A stretch of 64,000 bases of DNA. Source: Fibrobacteria bacterium. Lineage in GTDB: Bacteria; Fibrobacterota; Fibrobacteria; UBA11236. Made by a program: the position numbers and the translations under genes. The DNA lies in assembly GCA_043732185.1 (NCBI GenBank), contig JAYTHY010000006.1:1-64000 (forward strand), given 5' to 3'. Below the pieces are notes generated by a model, which made no database searches, had not been told where the DNA came from, and saw only the letters and a list, made by a program, of their open reading frames with translations. Of the stretch, positions 18,577 to 28,660 are shown piece by piece (position 1 is the stretch's first letter; each line of letters begins with the position of its first letter).

Positions 18577-20304
18577 TTGGACATGTCCTTGCGATTTTAT
18601 ATCGCGGTAATTTCGGTCCTCGGCTTATGGGCCTGTGATCCCGGGACAGTGCATGTGGTCCGGTCTTCAAACGGCAAAATTCGTCAGATGTGGACGGAAA
18701 AGGGGCCTCCCGGCCAACGCTCGGTACGCGAAGGGCTTTTTAAATCACTACTGCCAGATGGACGAATGGAAAGCACCATTGAATACCATGACGGAATGAA
18801 AAATGGGGATGCGAATTTCTGGTCCAAGGATGGGCATCTCAGTTTCCAAGGAAGATACCAAGAAGATTTTCTTGTCCATGAAAAACGTTTCAATCCACTA
18901 GGTGAGTTATTGCTAGATCGATCTTTTAAGGTCAAAAAAGCAGAAGTGAAGGCATTGGGACCGGAAGGCGATTCGATTTTGGCCGGCGAAACGTGTGCCT
19001 GGACAGATGAAAAAAACTCGCCGCCGTTGCGGCATGGGCTTTGCAAGTTAACCTATGCAAATGGAATGCAACTCGCGAATCGATATTACCAATTCGGTCA
19101 TTTACAAGGAGAGGTCACAGCCTGGTTTCCTAATGGAAAGGTTTGGATGGCAGGTGCGTACGAGCGTGACATTCCAACGGGTACGTGGAAAAACTGGACT
19201 CCCGGTGGCAAGCCACTCTGGTCATTTACTTATTCGCAAGGAGTGAAAAACGGACTTTCCGAGGAATGGTTTCCGGATGGCAAAGTCAAATCAAAAGGTT
19301 TCTTCAAGCAGGGTAAACAGGAGGGACCGTACCAGGAATGGTACCCTAATGGAAAAATTCGCGCCCAAACCGAATATCAATTGGGCAAACGCATTGGTCA
19401 GGAAGCGACCTGGTATCCGGATGGCACAAAGCTCTATACCGCTGCATATTGTAGCAGTAGCGGAAAGCTTGAAGGCGATTTTTATCAATGGTATCCCGGT
19501 GGTCGTATGCGACTGCATTGCCGCTTTCACGATGGAAAAAAGGAAGGGCTAAGCCGCGTTTGGTATCGGCAGGGCACGATTTTGGAACAGGCGAATTTTC
19601 ACCAGGGTCGCTTGAATGGACCTTATCGAACTTGGGGCCCAGAGGGAAATCCCCTGTCCTCGAAGGAATTTCGGGATGGCACGGTCGCCTTCGATTCCAA
19701 AGCCAAGGAATTGTTGGAACTGCTGGGAGCTGATCAAATTCGGGTACCTGTCGGTCTGCTAGGATTCTATTGGGGCATGTCATTAAAAGACTGTCGTTCC
19801 AACCTTTCCTTATTGCAGGCAACCAATATACACGCCGGTCAAGATGAAATAACCGCCCACTTAGTAGCCTTTGGTGATCGCCATCCTTCGGAAGCCAAGG
19901 TGCGGGTGCAGTTCAATGCCCAAGGAGAACTATGGGGAATCAAATTGGATGTGTTGCAAAAAAATTCCGCGGACTGTTTCACCATATGCGAGAATTTGGA
20001 AACTGAAATCGGCAGTGAACTTGGCACAGCGGGGCTACGCAAAGGTGAAGGCGCCGGCCAATACTATATGACGCGAAAAAAAGCATGGGGCAAATTTACC
20101 GTGACTACCGGGACAGGTGAAGATTCCTCTGCTGCCATTTCCGCTGTTCTTCCAGTGGTAAGCGCCGAGGCTTTCAGCCCAGGAGACAAAGGCTGGTTCC
20201 GATTTTCTTTAGCCAACCACTTGTATCGGGAATACGCCAATCCGGCGAATGCTGAAATAACTCCACCGAGCTGGCCGGAAGAAGCCTTCCTGGCCGGCCG
20301 GTAA
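18577..20304 (+). CDS. MORN-variant (YwqK-like) repeat lipoprotein
   Basis: Lipobox GLWAC; many G..xW(Y/F)P(N/D)GK repeats; unrecognised C-terminal domain. Confidence 0.8.
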   Translation: MDMSLRFYIAVISVLGLWACDPGTVHVVRSSNGKIRQMWTEKGPPGQRSVREGLFKSLLPDGRMESTIEYHDGMKNGDANFWSKDGHLSFQGRYQEDFLVHEKRFNPLGELLLDRSFKVKKAEVKALGPEGDSILAGETCAWTDEKNSPPLRHGLCKLTYANGMQLANRYYQFGHLQGEVTAWFPNGKVWMAGAYERDIPTGTWKNWTPGGKPLWSFTYSQGVKNGLSEEWFPDGKVKSKGFFKQGKQEGPYQEWYPNGKIRAQTEYQLGKRIGQEATWYPDGTKLYTAAYCSSSGKLEGDFYQWYPGGRMRLHCRFHDGKKEGLSRVWYRQGTILEQANFHQGRLNGPYRTWGPEGNPLSSKEFRDGTVAFDSKAKELLELLGADQIRVPVGLLGFYWGMSLKDCRSNLSLLQATNIHAGQDEITAHLVAFGDRHPSEAKVRVQFNAQGELWGIKLDVLQKNSADCFTICENLETEIGSELGTAGLRKGEGAGQYYMTRKKAWGKFTVTTGTGEDSSAAISAVLPVVSAEAFSPGDKGWFRFSLANHLYREYANPANAEITPPSWPEEAFLAGR

Positions 20305-20313
20305 AGGCTTTTA

Positions 20314-20652
20314 TTACATCAATTTCTTCAATGTTTTTTGCACCGCACCCAATTGTTTTTTAAGGGCTTTTAGCGCCGACATCGCTGCATGAACGCTTTT
20401 AAGTTTACGACCGTCCAAACTCTTGACCTTTGCAGGTCGACCCAATTTTTTTTCTTCGCCATTGGAATTCATCCAACGTTTAAGGGCAACGTACGATACA
20501 CCGAATTTCTTACATGCCGCGGAAATTCCACCACGGCCACGGCTTTTCACAAAGCTGAGAATGATTTTCTTTTGCGATTTGGAATACCTTTTTCCAGTAT
20601 TCCCTTTTTTTTTGCTTTTTTTTCTGCTTTTTTTCGCTACTACAGTCGCCAT
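20314..20652 (-). CDS. Small Lys-rich HTH DNA-binding protein
   Basis: KRYSKSQKKIIL...GISAACKKFGVSYVALKRW HTH, very basic N-tail and C-terminal coiled coil. Start ATG 20652. Confidence 0.7.
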   Translation of the reverse strand: MATVVAKKSRKKSKKKGNTGKRYSKSQKKIILSFVKSRGRGGISAACKKFGVSYVALKRWMNSNGEEKKLGRPAKVKSLDGRKLKSVHAAMSALKALKKQLGAVQKTLKKLM

Positions 20653-20759
20653 GCTATTTCCCTTTTTAATAAACATTTATTTCTATAAAAATACTAATAC
20701 TAATAATAAAATATATTTCTGTTCTATTCGGAACAGCTATCTATTTAAAGGAGAATTCC

Positions 20760-21500
20760 ATGCTTTGCAAAGAAGATTTCGTTGATGTCAAGACAGAAAG
20801 CGGCCTGATGCGCATCCACAGGTTCTTCCCATCAGGCAATGGACTCTATCCAGGTCTGGTACTTTTTTCCGAAATCTTTCAGGTAACCGGCCCCATACGG
20901 CGCACGGCGCGCTTTTTGGCATCTCATGGGTATATCGTGGCTGCACCGGAAATTTATCATGAGTTCGAACCGGCTGGTTGCGCACTGGCATATGATCAAG
21001 CAGGTACGGACAAAGGTAATCGCTATAAAATCGAAAAAGATCTCGCTGCTTTTGATGCGGACGCCCGCGCTGTCATCGCGCACTTACAAGGCTTACCTAC
21101 GTGTACGGGTCGACTTGGTTCCATCGGGATCTGTCTTGGTGGCCACCTTAGCTTTCGATGCGCGATGAATCCGGAGATTCTTGCCGGAGCCTGTTTTTAC
21201 GCCACGGACATTCACAAGCGCAGTCTGGGGAAGGGGCTAAAAGACGACTCGCTCGATCGCATACCGGAGCTAAAGGGAGAGATGCTGATGATCTGGGGCA
21301 AACAGGATCCACACATTCCCCAAGCAGACCGCGAACTTATTTACGGAGCCATGACCAACGCGAATGTGAATTTTACCTGGCATGAATTCAATGCCCAGCA
21401 CGCTTTTATCCGTGACGAAGGCCCCAGGTACGATGCCGCCCTGGCGCAGATTTGCTTTTCAATGGTGTTGGAGATGTTCAGCCGTCGGCTTTTAGCCTAA
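20760..21500 (+). CDS. Dienelactone hydrolase family protein
   Basis: SEIFQV, GICLGG nucleophile elbow, QDPH and HAF motifs; GGAG RBS. Confidence 0.92.
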   Translation: MLCKEDFVDVKTESGLMRIHRFFPSGNGLYPGLVLFSEIFQVTGPIRRTARFLASHGYIVAAPEIYHEFEPAGCALAYDQAGTDKGNRYKIEKDLAAFDADARAVIAHLQGLPTCTGRLGSIGICLGGHLSFRCAMNPEILAGACFYATDIHKRSLGKGLKDDSLDRIPELKGEMLMIWGKQDPHIPQADRELIYGAMTNANVNFTWHEFNAQHAFIRDEGPRYDAALAQICFSMVLEMFSRRLLA

Positions 21501-21517
21501 TCTGGACCGGATACCAC

Positions 21518-22621
21518 TCAAAGATTTATAGCCTTTGCTAAATCCTTATAGACGCGACCCACGCGTTCTACTTGGCCCTTGGCTGGAAATCTTTCAAAAA
21601 AGCCTTCGCAGCGGAAGGACTTCTTGAGTTCCGTCCAAGGCTGCAAGAGTTCTATCCAGCGTTTGACGCGGCCTGTAGATACCGAATCTTTGTCGGAAAG
21701 ATCGGCGCAGATACGCACCAATGCTTTTAGGGTAACCGGTTTGGTGACCATATAATTTCCATTGCCCCAGGCATCCCCCCAAACATTGGCACAGGCCTTG
21801 AGAAAATCCCGAAGAATTTCGTAATAAAATTCTGCTTGGTGCATGGGAGAAAGATCTTCCTTGAAGTCCCATTCCGATTTGACCCAACGGTTCACTTCAT
21901 TGAAAAGTTCAGCCTGGAGAATCCATTTTTCGGCCTTGCTTTTTCCACCGAGCCGGTTGATGCGATATTGAAGCGGGCTGTCGTCATTGCCATAAAGGCA
22001 TTCCACCACGCGCGCGCAACAGCGCTTATCCGGTGAGGCAAAAGAGACTTTTTCGTAAAGGTCGACCAGATGGCTTTTGTTGATACGGGTCGGCGTGGAG
22101 TTGATGATGACGAACATCTCCGTGGCAAAATCCTCACTTCGACCATCGAATATAATGCAGGGGACGTTGATGGTCGCGGCTTCAGCGGGGCGTTCCCGGA
22201 AGTAGAAATGCAAGGCAGCCAAGCGGTGCTGGCCGTCGATGATCAGATATTTATCGTCGGGTTCTTGTAAATTGCCAACGCTGTCCTGTTCCGGAAGGGC
22301 TCGAAAACGGAGTTTTTCCGGTGTAAAAAGCAAAATTGTACCTGGAATAGGGGGCTGGGTACTGGCGGTTTCGTAAAAATTGCGAATGGCCCTGATCTTC
22401 TCCCGCGCCATAGTGCGCTGAAAAGCTTTATCAGAATGTTCGATTTTTGAGATGAAACGGGCGATATCGTCTTCGGCCTTGGGTGCCTCTGCCGCGATTG
22501 GAGTGCCTTCATCATAGAAACGCGTGCTGAATCGCACCTTTTCTAGAAGTGCTTTCGCCGGATACGCGGCGAAAAAGAAAAGTGCGTCTTTTTGGCGGAC
22601 CTGGGTAGCAAGCATAGTCAT
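21518..22621 (-). CDS. DGQHR domain protein (DndB/ParB-like)
   Basis: FQR, IIDGQHRLAAL and FVIINSTP motifs. Confidence 0.88.
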   Translation of the reverse strand: MTMLATQVRQKDALFFFAAYPAKALLEKVRFSTRFYDEGTPIAAEAPKAEDDIARFISKIEHSDKAFQRTMAREKIRAIRNFYETASTQPPIPGTILLFTPEKLRFRALPEQDSVGNLQEPDDKYLIIDGQHRLAALHFYFRERPAEAATINVPCIIFDGRSEDFATEMFVIINSTPTRINKSHLVDLYEKVSFASPDKRCCARVVECLYGNDDSPLQYRINRLGGKSKAEKWILQAELFNEVNRWVKSEWDFKEDLSPMHQAEFYYEILRDFLKACANVWGDAWGNGNYMVTKPVTLKALVRICADLSDKDSVSTGRVKRWIELLQPWTELKKSFRCEGFFERFPAKGQVERVGRVYKDLAKAINL

Positions 22622-22822
22622 CCCGTGTAATTAGGTGGTTCCATTCCCTATGGCATTCAATGGCCAAAAGATACCTAGACCACGCTAATCTGTATAGCGA
22701 TATTGTGAGGTAAGTCTTGATGGGGGGAATCCGCTATGGTACGGAAACCTACCCGTGGAGTCCAGTTGAGGTGAGCCAATTAAGGCTGAAAAAACTACCT
22801 TTTAACCTAGCACGGAAGCGAT

Positions 22823-24016
22823 ATGGATCCCGGAAAATTTCCAGATAGATGGGGCCGATTTGGCCAATTTGGGGGAAAATTTGCTCCCGAAGTGCTCATG
22901 CCTGCCCTGGAAGAACTTGAAACGCATTACCTGGCCCTGATTGGGAATGCCTCTTTTCAGGCCGAGCTTAAGGGTCATCTACAGGATTATGTGGGTCGGC
23001 CGTCGCCACTTTATTTCGCCGAGCGTTTAACCAAGCACTGTGGTGGCGCCAAAATCTATCTCAAGCGGGAAGATTTGAATCATACCGGCGCGCATAAAAT
23101 CAACAATTCCCTGGGTCAAGTGCTCATTGCCAAACACATGGGCAAGAGACGGATTATTGCCGAAACCGGTGCTGGTCAGCATGGCGTGGCTACTGCTTCC
23201 GCAGCCGCCAAGTTTGCCATGGAATGCGTCATTTATATGGGCCGCGTAGACATGGAACGTCAGGCGACCAATGTGCAACGCATGGAATTGCTCGGCGCCA
23301 CGGTAGTGCCCGTGGAATCGGGAAGTCGCACGCTTAAAGACGCCATCAACGAAGCCATCCGGGACTGGGTGACCAACATTGGCGAAACCCATTATGTATT
23401 CGGTTCGGCTCTCGGCCCCCACCCCTACCCGCGTATCGTTCGGGATTTTCAAAAAATTATTGGGGAAGAGGCGGAGCGCCAAATTCAGGACAAGGAAGGC
23501 CGACTACCCGACTATTTGGTGGCCTGCGTGGGTGGCGGCAGCAATGCCATCGGTTTGTTCTACAATTTCATCAACAAACCTCAAGTCAAAATGCGTGGAG
23601 TGGAAGCGGGTGGTCATGGCATTCTAACCGGCCTGCATGCGGCCCGTTTCGCCGGCGGCACTTTGGGCGTATTGCACGGGGCCAAAAGCTATGTGCTGCA
23701 AACACCGCAAGGCCAAATAGCCGAAACCCATTCCATTTCCGCGGGCCTAGACTATGCCAATGTGGGTCCAGAACACGCCATGTACAGGGATTTGGATCGG
23801 ATCCAGTACACTTCAGCTACGGACACAGAAGCCTTGAAGGCCTTTCACTTGCTCAGTCGAACGGAAGGCATTATTCCAGCTTTGGAAAGCGCTCATGCCG
23901 TTGCTGAAGCTGTTCGGTTGGCCGCCACCTTATCCGCGGACAAAATCATTGTAGTCAATCTTTCCGGGCGTGGCGATAAAGACATGGCCACTGTGATTGG
24001 AGCCGCGTCTCCATGA
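22823..24016 (+). CDS. trpB: Tryptophan synthase beta chain
   Basis: [32 protein letters not shown] and NLSGRGDKD motifs. Confidence 0.98.
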   Translation: MDPGKFPDRWGRFGQFGGKFAPEVLMPALEELETHYLALIGNASFQAELKGHLQDYVGRPSPLYFAERLTKHCGGAKIYLKREDLNHTGAHKINNSLGQVLIAKHMGKRRIIAETGAGQHGVATASAAAKFAMECVIYMGRVDMERQATNVQRMELLGATVVPVESGSRTLKDAINEAIRDWVTNIGETHYVFGSALGPHPYPRIVRDFQKIIGEEAERQIQDKEGRLPDYLVACVGGGSNAIGLFYNFINKPQVKMRGVEAGGHGILTGLHAARFAGGTLGVLHGAKSYVLQTPQGQIAETHSISAGLDYANVGPEHAMYRDLDRIQYTSATDTEALKAFHLLSRTEGIIPALESAHAVAEAVRLAATLSADKIIVVNLSGRGDKDMATVIGAASP

Positions 24017-24819
24017 ACCGCATTGACAAGGCCTTCACCAACCTGAGGACCCAAAAGAAAAAAGCCTTTATACCTTACGTGGTTGCGGGCGTACCAGGCA
24101 TCGAAGAAACAGTGGAACTGGCCCTTGCATTGGAAAAACTCGGGGCCGATATCATCGAATTGGGCTATCCTTTTTCGGATCCCATGGCTGACGGGGTAGT
24201 CAATCAGGCAGCCGCCAATCGAGCATTGGAATTGGGTGTGGATGCGGACATTTATTTTTCCATCGTGGAAAAAATCCGGCAACGCTCCCAGGTTCCCTTA
24301 ATCGCCTTTTCTTATTTAAACCCCTTGTTCAAGCTGGGCTTTGAAGTCTTTGTGAAGCGAGCCAAAAATGCAGGCATGGATGGGATTCTAATCGTCGACA
24401 TGCCTGTAGAGGAAGCGGAAGAAATGCAAGCACTCTGCCGCCGCGAGGACTTGTCCTTAATTTTCCTAGTGGCCCCGACTACTACTCCGGACAGACTCGC
24501 CTTGGTTCTAAAAGCTGCGAGTGGTTTTCTCTATTATATCTCTCGAACCGGTATTACCGGCGAACGCGACAGCTTTCAAACCGGTTTCGAAAGCAAAGTT
24601 TCCACACTTAAAGCGGCTTCAAAATTGCCCGTGGTCGTAGGCTTCGGAATTTCCAAACCGGATCAAGTTCGTACGGTTTGCCAACTCACGGATGGCGTAG
24701 TCGTCGGCAGTGCATTAGTGCGCCGTACCCTGGAAAGCCAGCCTTTTACTACCATGCTAAAGGAAATCAGCGACTTCGCCGCACCACTTATCGCTCCCAC
24801 CAAGGAAACATGGACCTAG
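24013..24819 (+). CDS. trpA: Tryptophan synthase alpha chain
   Basis: [22 protein letters not shown] and DGVVVGSA motifs. Confidence 0.97.
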   Translation: MNRIDKAFTNLRTQKKKAFIPYVVAGVPGIEETVELALALEKLGADIIELGYPFSDPMADGVVNQAAANRALELGVDADIYFSIVEKIRQRSQVPLIAFSYLNPLFKLGFEVFVKRAKNAGMDGILIVDMPVEEAEEMQALCRREDLSLIFLVAPTTTPDRLALVLKAASGFLYYISRTGITGERDSFQTGFESKVSTLKAASKLPVVVGFGISKPDQVRTVCQLTDGVVVGSALVRRTLESQPFTTMLKEISDFAAPLIAPTKETWT

Positions 24820-25073
24820 ACGATTGGCGTCGGAGCATCGATGCTCTTAATCTCCAATTGGTGGAGATCCTCAATGTTCGCGCAGGTTGCGCACTCGCTA
24901 TCGCAGAACTCAAGCAGAAGAAAAATCTCCCCGTGTACGATCCCGTTCGTGAGAAACAGGTCTTGGATGCCGTCTTGGCTGGAAACAAAGGTCCACTTTC
25001 CAACGATGCCGTCCTACGAATATTCGCCTGCATTATCGCGGAACATCGTCTATTAGAGGAATCGGCAGGATGA
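24810..25073 (+). CDS. Chorismate mutase (AroQ type)
   Basis: [14 protein letters not shown]...LNVRA...K...YDPVREKQV motif; ATG 24810 overlaps the trpA end. Confidence 0.88.
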   Translation: MDLDDWRRSIDALNLQLVEILNVRAGCALAIAELKQKKNLPVYDPVREKQVLDAVLAGNKGPLSNDAVLRIFACIIAEHRLLEESAG

Positions 25074-26224
25074 ATGGGAATGCCGGTCGCATCCATTGGC
25101 ACTCTTCACATATAGCCGTAGTCGGCCTGGGACTGCTGGGAGCCTCCTTATTGGAAGCGGCACGCAAGCGGTGGCCGGGTATCAAGGTGACGGGTGTTTC
25201 TTCCGCTGCAACTTTAGAGAAGGCCAAACTAGAGGGACTTTTGGATAAGGCCTATGGCTATTCCGATATCGATGTAGCCTGCGCGGATGTCGATCTGATT
25301 CTGCTCTGTACTCCCATCGATGCCATTTTAAATCAGCTTAAAGCCTGGGCCAAATCTCCCCTGCCTTGCAAACCAGGATGCGTGGTCACGGATGTGGGCA
25401 GCACCAAGGTTGAAATCTGCGCTGAAGGACTGAAGGCTTTTCCGGCTTCGCAAAGCGGAGCGATTTTTATCGGATCGCATCCGATGGCCGGCAGTGAAAA
25501 GACGGGCTGGGAAGCACGTGATGCGTGGCTTTTTCAAAATGCTTCGTGGGTGATCTGTCCCACAGATGCGACAGAGGCCTCAAACGCCAACAACGCTTTG
25601 GCAAGAATCGAAAGCTTTGCGCAAGGGGTGGGTGCCCGTACCACGCATATGTCGGCGGAGCTACACGACGAGGTGGCAGCACATGTTTCCCACCTGCCCC
25701 AAATGCTTTCCACCGCTTTAGCCAGTTATATTGGCGGCCGCAGCAGCGTAGTGGAAAATTGTCTGCAAATAGCGGGCGGTGGCTTCCGGGATATGACCCG
25801 GCTGGCAGCCTCCTCTTTCAAGGTATGGGAACCAATTCTGCGCACCAACCGCGCCACCATTAAAAGTGTTGTATCCGGATTTCGTGCCCATTTGAAAGTT
25901 CTCGAAGCAGCCATGGACACGGATTTGGGTGCAAACCAGTTTAACAGTGGCAACCGATTGCGTAATCAGGTAGCCGTTGCGAAGAAAGGCTTCGCGTCCC
26001 CTTTGGCGGAAGTGCTTGTCGATTTGGAGGACAAGCCCGGTGTCCTTTTGCGTGTATTCCAGCCATTGGCCGAAAAGGGTATCAATGTATTGGATGTGGA
26101 AATATTAAAAGTCAGAGAAGGCGAAGACGGCACCTTGATGATAGGCTTTCATGGAAACAATGAGGCAGATATGGCATTAGACTGTTTGACCAAGGCGGGG
26201 TTTCGTGCCCGACTTCGACATTAG
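25070..26224 (+). CDS. tyrA: Prephenate/arogenate dehydrogenase with C-terminal ACT domain
   Basis: GLGLLGAS, DVGSTK, HPMAGSE, SHLP, GFRDMTRLA motifs; ACT DKPGVL. Confidence 0.93.
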   Translation: MNGNAGRIHWHSSHIAVVGLGLLGASLLEAARKRWPGIKVTGVSSAATLEKAKLEGLLDKAYGYSDIDVACADVDLILLCTPIDAILNQLKAWAKSPLPCKPGCVVTDVGSTKVEICAEGLKAFPASQSGAIFIGSHPMAGSEKTGWEARDAWLFQNASWVICPTDATEASNANNALARIESFAQGVGARTTHMSAELHDEVAAHVSHLPQMLSTALASYIGGRSSVVENCLQIAGGGFRDMTRLAASSFKVWEPILRTNRATIKSVVSGFRAHLKVLEAAMDTDLGANQFNSGNRLRNQVAVAKKGFASPLAEVLVDLEDKPGVLLRVFQPLAEKGINVLDVEILKVREGEDGTLMIGFHGNNEADMALDCLTKAGFRARLRH

Positions 26225-26228
26225 CACC

Positions 26229-27692
26229 ATGGAGGTTGGGTTGGAGAGTTCGGTTGAAATCAAACGGAGCAAACGTCTCAAGGGTCAACCGATTCTGCAA
26301 GGCGACGGTTTGGCGGGATTCCAAGCCCTATTGCTAAGCTGTTTGGCGGAAGGGCCTTCCCGACTCGAAAATCTCCCGGCTACTCCTTGGTTTCAAGATA
26401 TTCTGGAAGACTTTATCCGCATGGGCTATGCCCAGCAGGCTCTAGATGGACAATGGCTCATCCATGGAGGTAGCGCGCCGGTTTCGGGTCCGGAGCCGAT
26501 AAGGATTAGGCATGAAGCGGAGCTGTTACCCATGGCGGCGTTTCTAGCCGCGCAAGGTTGCCAAAGAACTTTAGAAGTGAACGCCGATTGCGTCTCCGGC
26601 GAAGCACTGGAAATTTTAGGGAAAATTCTTCAGATGGAAAAGTCCCCCATCCTGGAAAGCCATCCCGAAACTGCGGTTGAAAATGAGAATCAGACTTTTC
26701 TGATTGAAGCGCCCACAGGACTGACTCCGCGGGCTACAGCATTGCTGCGCAACTCCAATTCCCAAACTGGAGCTTCCACCAAGCCGGCGGATTTGGGTTG
26801 GGATGAATATCTGGCCAAGTTAACTTTATTGACCTATCACATTTCCGTCGGGCAGCCGCTGGATATTTCTCTGACGAAAAGCGGTCCGGATCTCATCGAT
26901 GGCTTGGCGGCCCACTTTGAATTGCCGATAAAAATCGATCGCAATGAGGCCCCGGAAGGCGATGAATTGGCGCGTAGAATCGCCCGGCAGATGCGTGCGG
27001 CCGGTAAAACAGAGCCGGTCCTTCGACTTCGATTGGCAGCGGGCTCGAAGCCTAAACCTCAGACGTATTCCATTCCCGCTGACTTAACCCAGGCTTCGGC
27101 TTTTTGTCTGGCGGCAACTTTGATTAAGGGTTCCGATATCACACTGGAAAACATCCCCCTCAACCCCTCCCGGGCGGGATTCATTTCAGCCCTGCGCCGG
27201 ATGGGGGCGGATATTGAAGTGGTGTCTCGACGTGAACGACACGGTGAAGGCTTTGGACTATTGCGCATTCGCACCGCCGACCTCATCGGCAAACGATTTG
27301 GCGGAGATTCCATTTCAACCTTACGCGACGAAATATTCCTTTTGATGGTGGCCGCTGCCTTTGCCGAAGGGGAAACCGTCATACGGGACATTGCCCATCT
27401 GCGCCGCCATCGCCGCGACCTGCTCAAAATTTTTGTCGCCAACTTGAGATCCGCCGGAGTTGAAATCGGAGAAATAGAGGATGGACTCGTAATCCGTGGC
27501 CGTGCCGATTACGACGGGAGCGCCTATGATGCTTTGGGTCATCCTGGCCTGGGACTGGCATGCCTGGTGATGGGACTGAAATCCCACGGAACCTCGCTGC
27601 TCTGGGGCGCCGGCTGCCTCGCAGGAAAATATCCAGGAATGGTGGAACAAATGGCCACTCTTGGACAAGTCGCGGCCGGAGAAAAGCCATGA
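26229..27692 (+). CDS. EPSP synthase (AroA)-like protein with degenerate active site
   Basis: AroA scaffold kept (LKG, LAEGPS, LNPSRAG..L.RMGADI, AEGETVI, DGLVI.G) but catalytic motifs altered (see findings). Start ATG 26229. Confidence 0.8.
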   Translation: MEVGLESSVEIKRSKRLKGQPILQGDGLAGFQALLLSCLAEGPSRLENLPATPWFQDILEDFIRMGYAQQALDGQWLIHGGSAPVSGPEPIRIRHEAELLPMAAFLAAQGCQRTLEVNADCVSGEALEILGKILQMEKSPILESHPETAVENENQTFLIEAPTGLTPRATALLRNSNSQTGASTKPADLGWDEYLAKLTLLTYHISVGQPLDISLTKSGPDLIDGLAAHFELPIKIDRNEAPEGDELARRIARQMRAAGKTEPVLRLRLAAGSKPKPQTYSIPADLTQASAFCLAATLIKGSDITLENIPLNPSRAGFISALRRMGADIEVVSRRERHGEGFGLLRIRTADLIGKRFGGDSISTLRDEIFLLMVAAAFAEGETVIRDIAHLRRHRRDLLKIFVANLRSAGVEIGEIEDGLVIRGRADYDGSAYDALGHPGLGLACLVMGLKSHGTSLLWGAGCLAGKYPGMVEQMATLGQVAAGEKP

Positions 27693-28636
27693 CCAAAAAA
27701 ATTGGTTCTACACCAATTCCTTACATCACCCATCCGGAGAAGGACGTTACCAGCATTGGAATCGTAGCCTTTGCTGGAAATATGAAACCGGCGCTGGATA
27801 TTCTGCGCCGCTGGTCGGAAGAAAACCCCACAATCCGCCTCTATATCAATAGCTATCTCAAACCCTTTGCCCGTGGTCGCATCAAAGTCAAACCGGATTC
27901 CTATCTGCGCTCAAGCGTCGATTTGCTGTTATCGCTGGGTGGCGACGGCACCTTTTTGGCCGCAGCCCGCATGGTCCGGGGCGCGAATACACCTATACTC
28001 GGTGTCAATCTGGGCAGAGTGGGATTTCTTGCCGATGTCGCGCTGGAAAGCCTGGAGCGCATCCTCGGAGAAATTCTTCGCCGCGAATACAGCTACCGGA
28101 AACGCATGTTCCTGCAGATCGAAGTTTTTATCGGCAATAAGCGCGTACAAGAAGATATTGCCATGAATGAAGTGTCCTTCACCGGGCAAATGGGTCATCA
28201 AATGGTGGATCTCAAAGTATCAGCCCAGGGGCAATTCCTGACTGATTACTGGGTGGATGGGCTTTTGATTTCCTCACCAACTGGATCCACAGCGCATTCC
28301 TTGTCCGCCGGGGGACCGATTATCCATCCCTCCGCCGACTCACTATTGATAACGCCCATCAACCCCACCTCGCTGTCTGTGCGCCCCTTGATTCTGCCCG
28401 ACTATATGACCATCGGCGTCCGCAGCAACATGGGCCGGGGCATGCAAGCCAATATGTTTGTGGACGGACGCAACCAATTCAAACTGAAGCCCGAGCATTC
28501 CGTTCACATTCGTAAACATGATCACTCCGTATTGCTGGTCAGACCCAAGGGCACATCCTATTTCGAATCACTCAGGAACAAACTGGGGTGGACGGGAACC
28601 AGGCGCTCCCGAGATACCCTACCCAACCCGTCTTGA
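27689..28636 (+). CDS. nadK: NAD(+) kinase
   Basis: GGDGT, NLGRVGFL, NE and DGLLISSPTGSTAHSLSAGGPI motifs; ATGA overlap with the aroA-like gene. Confidence 0.95.
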   Translation: MTKKIGSTPIPYITHPEKDVTSIGIVAFAGNMKPALDILRRWSEENPTIRLYINSYLKPFARGRIKVKPDSYLRSSVDLLLSLGGDGTFLAAARMVRGANTPILGVNLGRVGFLADVALESLERILGEILRREYSYRKRMFLQIEVFIGNKRVQEDIAMNEVSFTGQMGHQMVDLKVSAQGQFLTDYWVDGLLISSPTGSTAHSLSAGGPIIHPSADSLLITPINPTSLSVRPLILPDYMTIGVRSNMGRGMQANMFVDGRNQFKLKPEHSVHIRKHDHSVLLVRPKGTSYFESLRNKLGWTGTRRSRDTLPNPS

Positions 28637-28660
28637 AACGCTTTTTCTTGGGAGTTGCCT

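Noticed and set aside
18577..20304. YwqK antitoxin of a toxin-antitoxin pair
   Set aside because: No adjacent toxin; the lipoprotein signal and size fit a generic MORN-repeat envelope protein.
20314..20652. IS3-family OrfA remnant
   Set aside because: No OrfB, frameshift continuation or terminal inverted repeats were seen.
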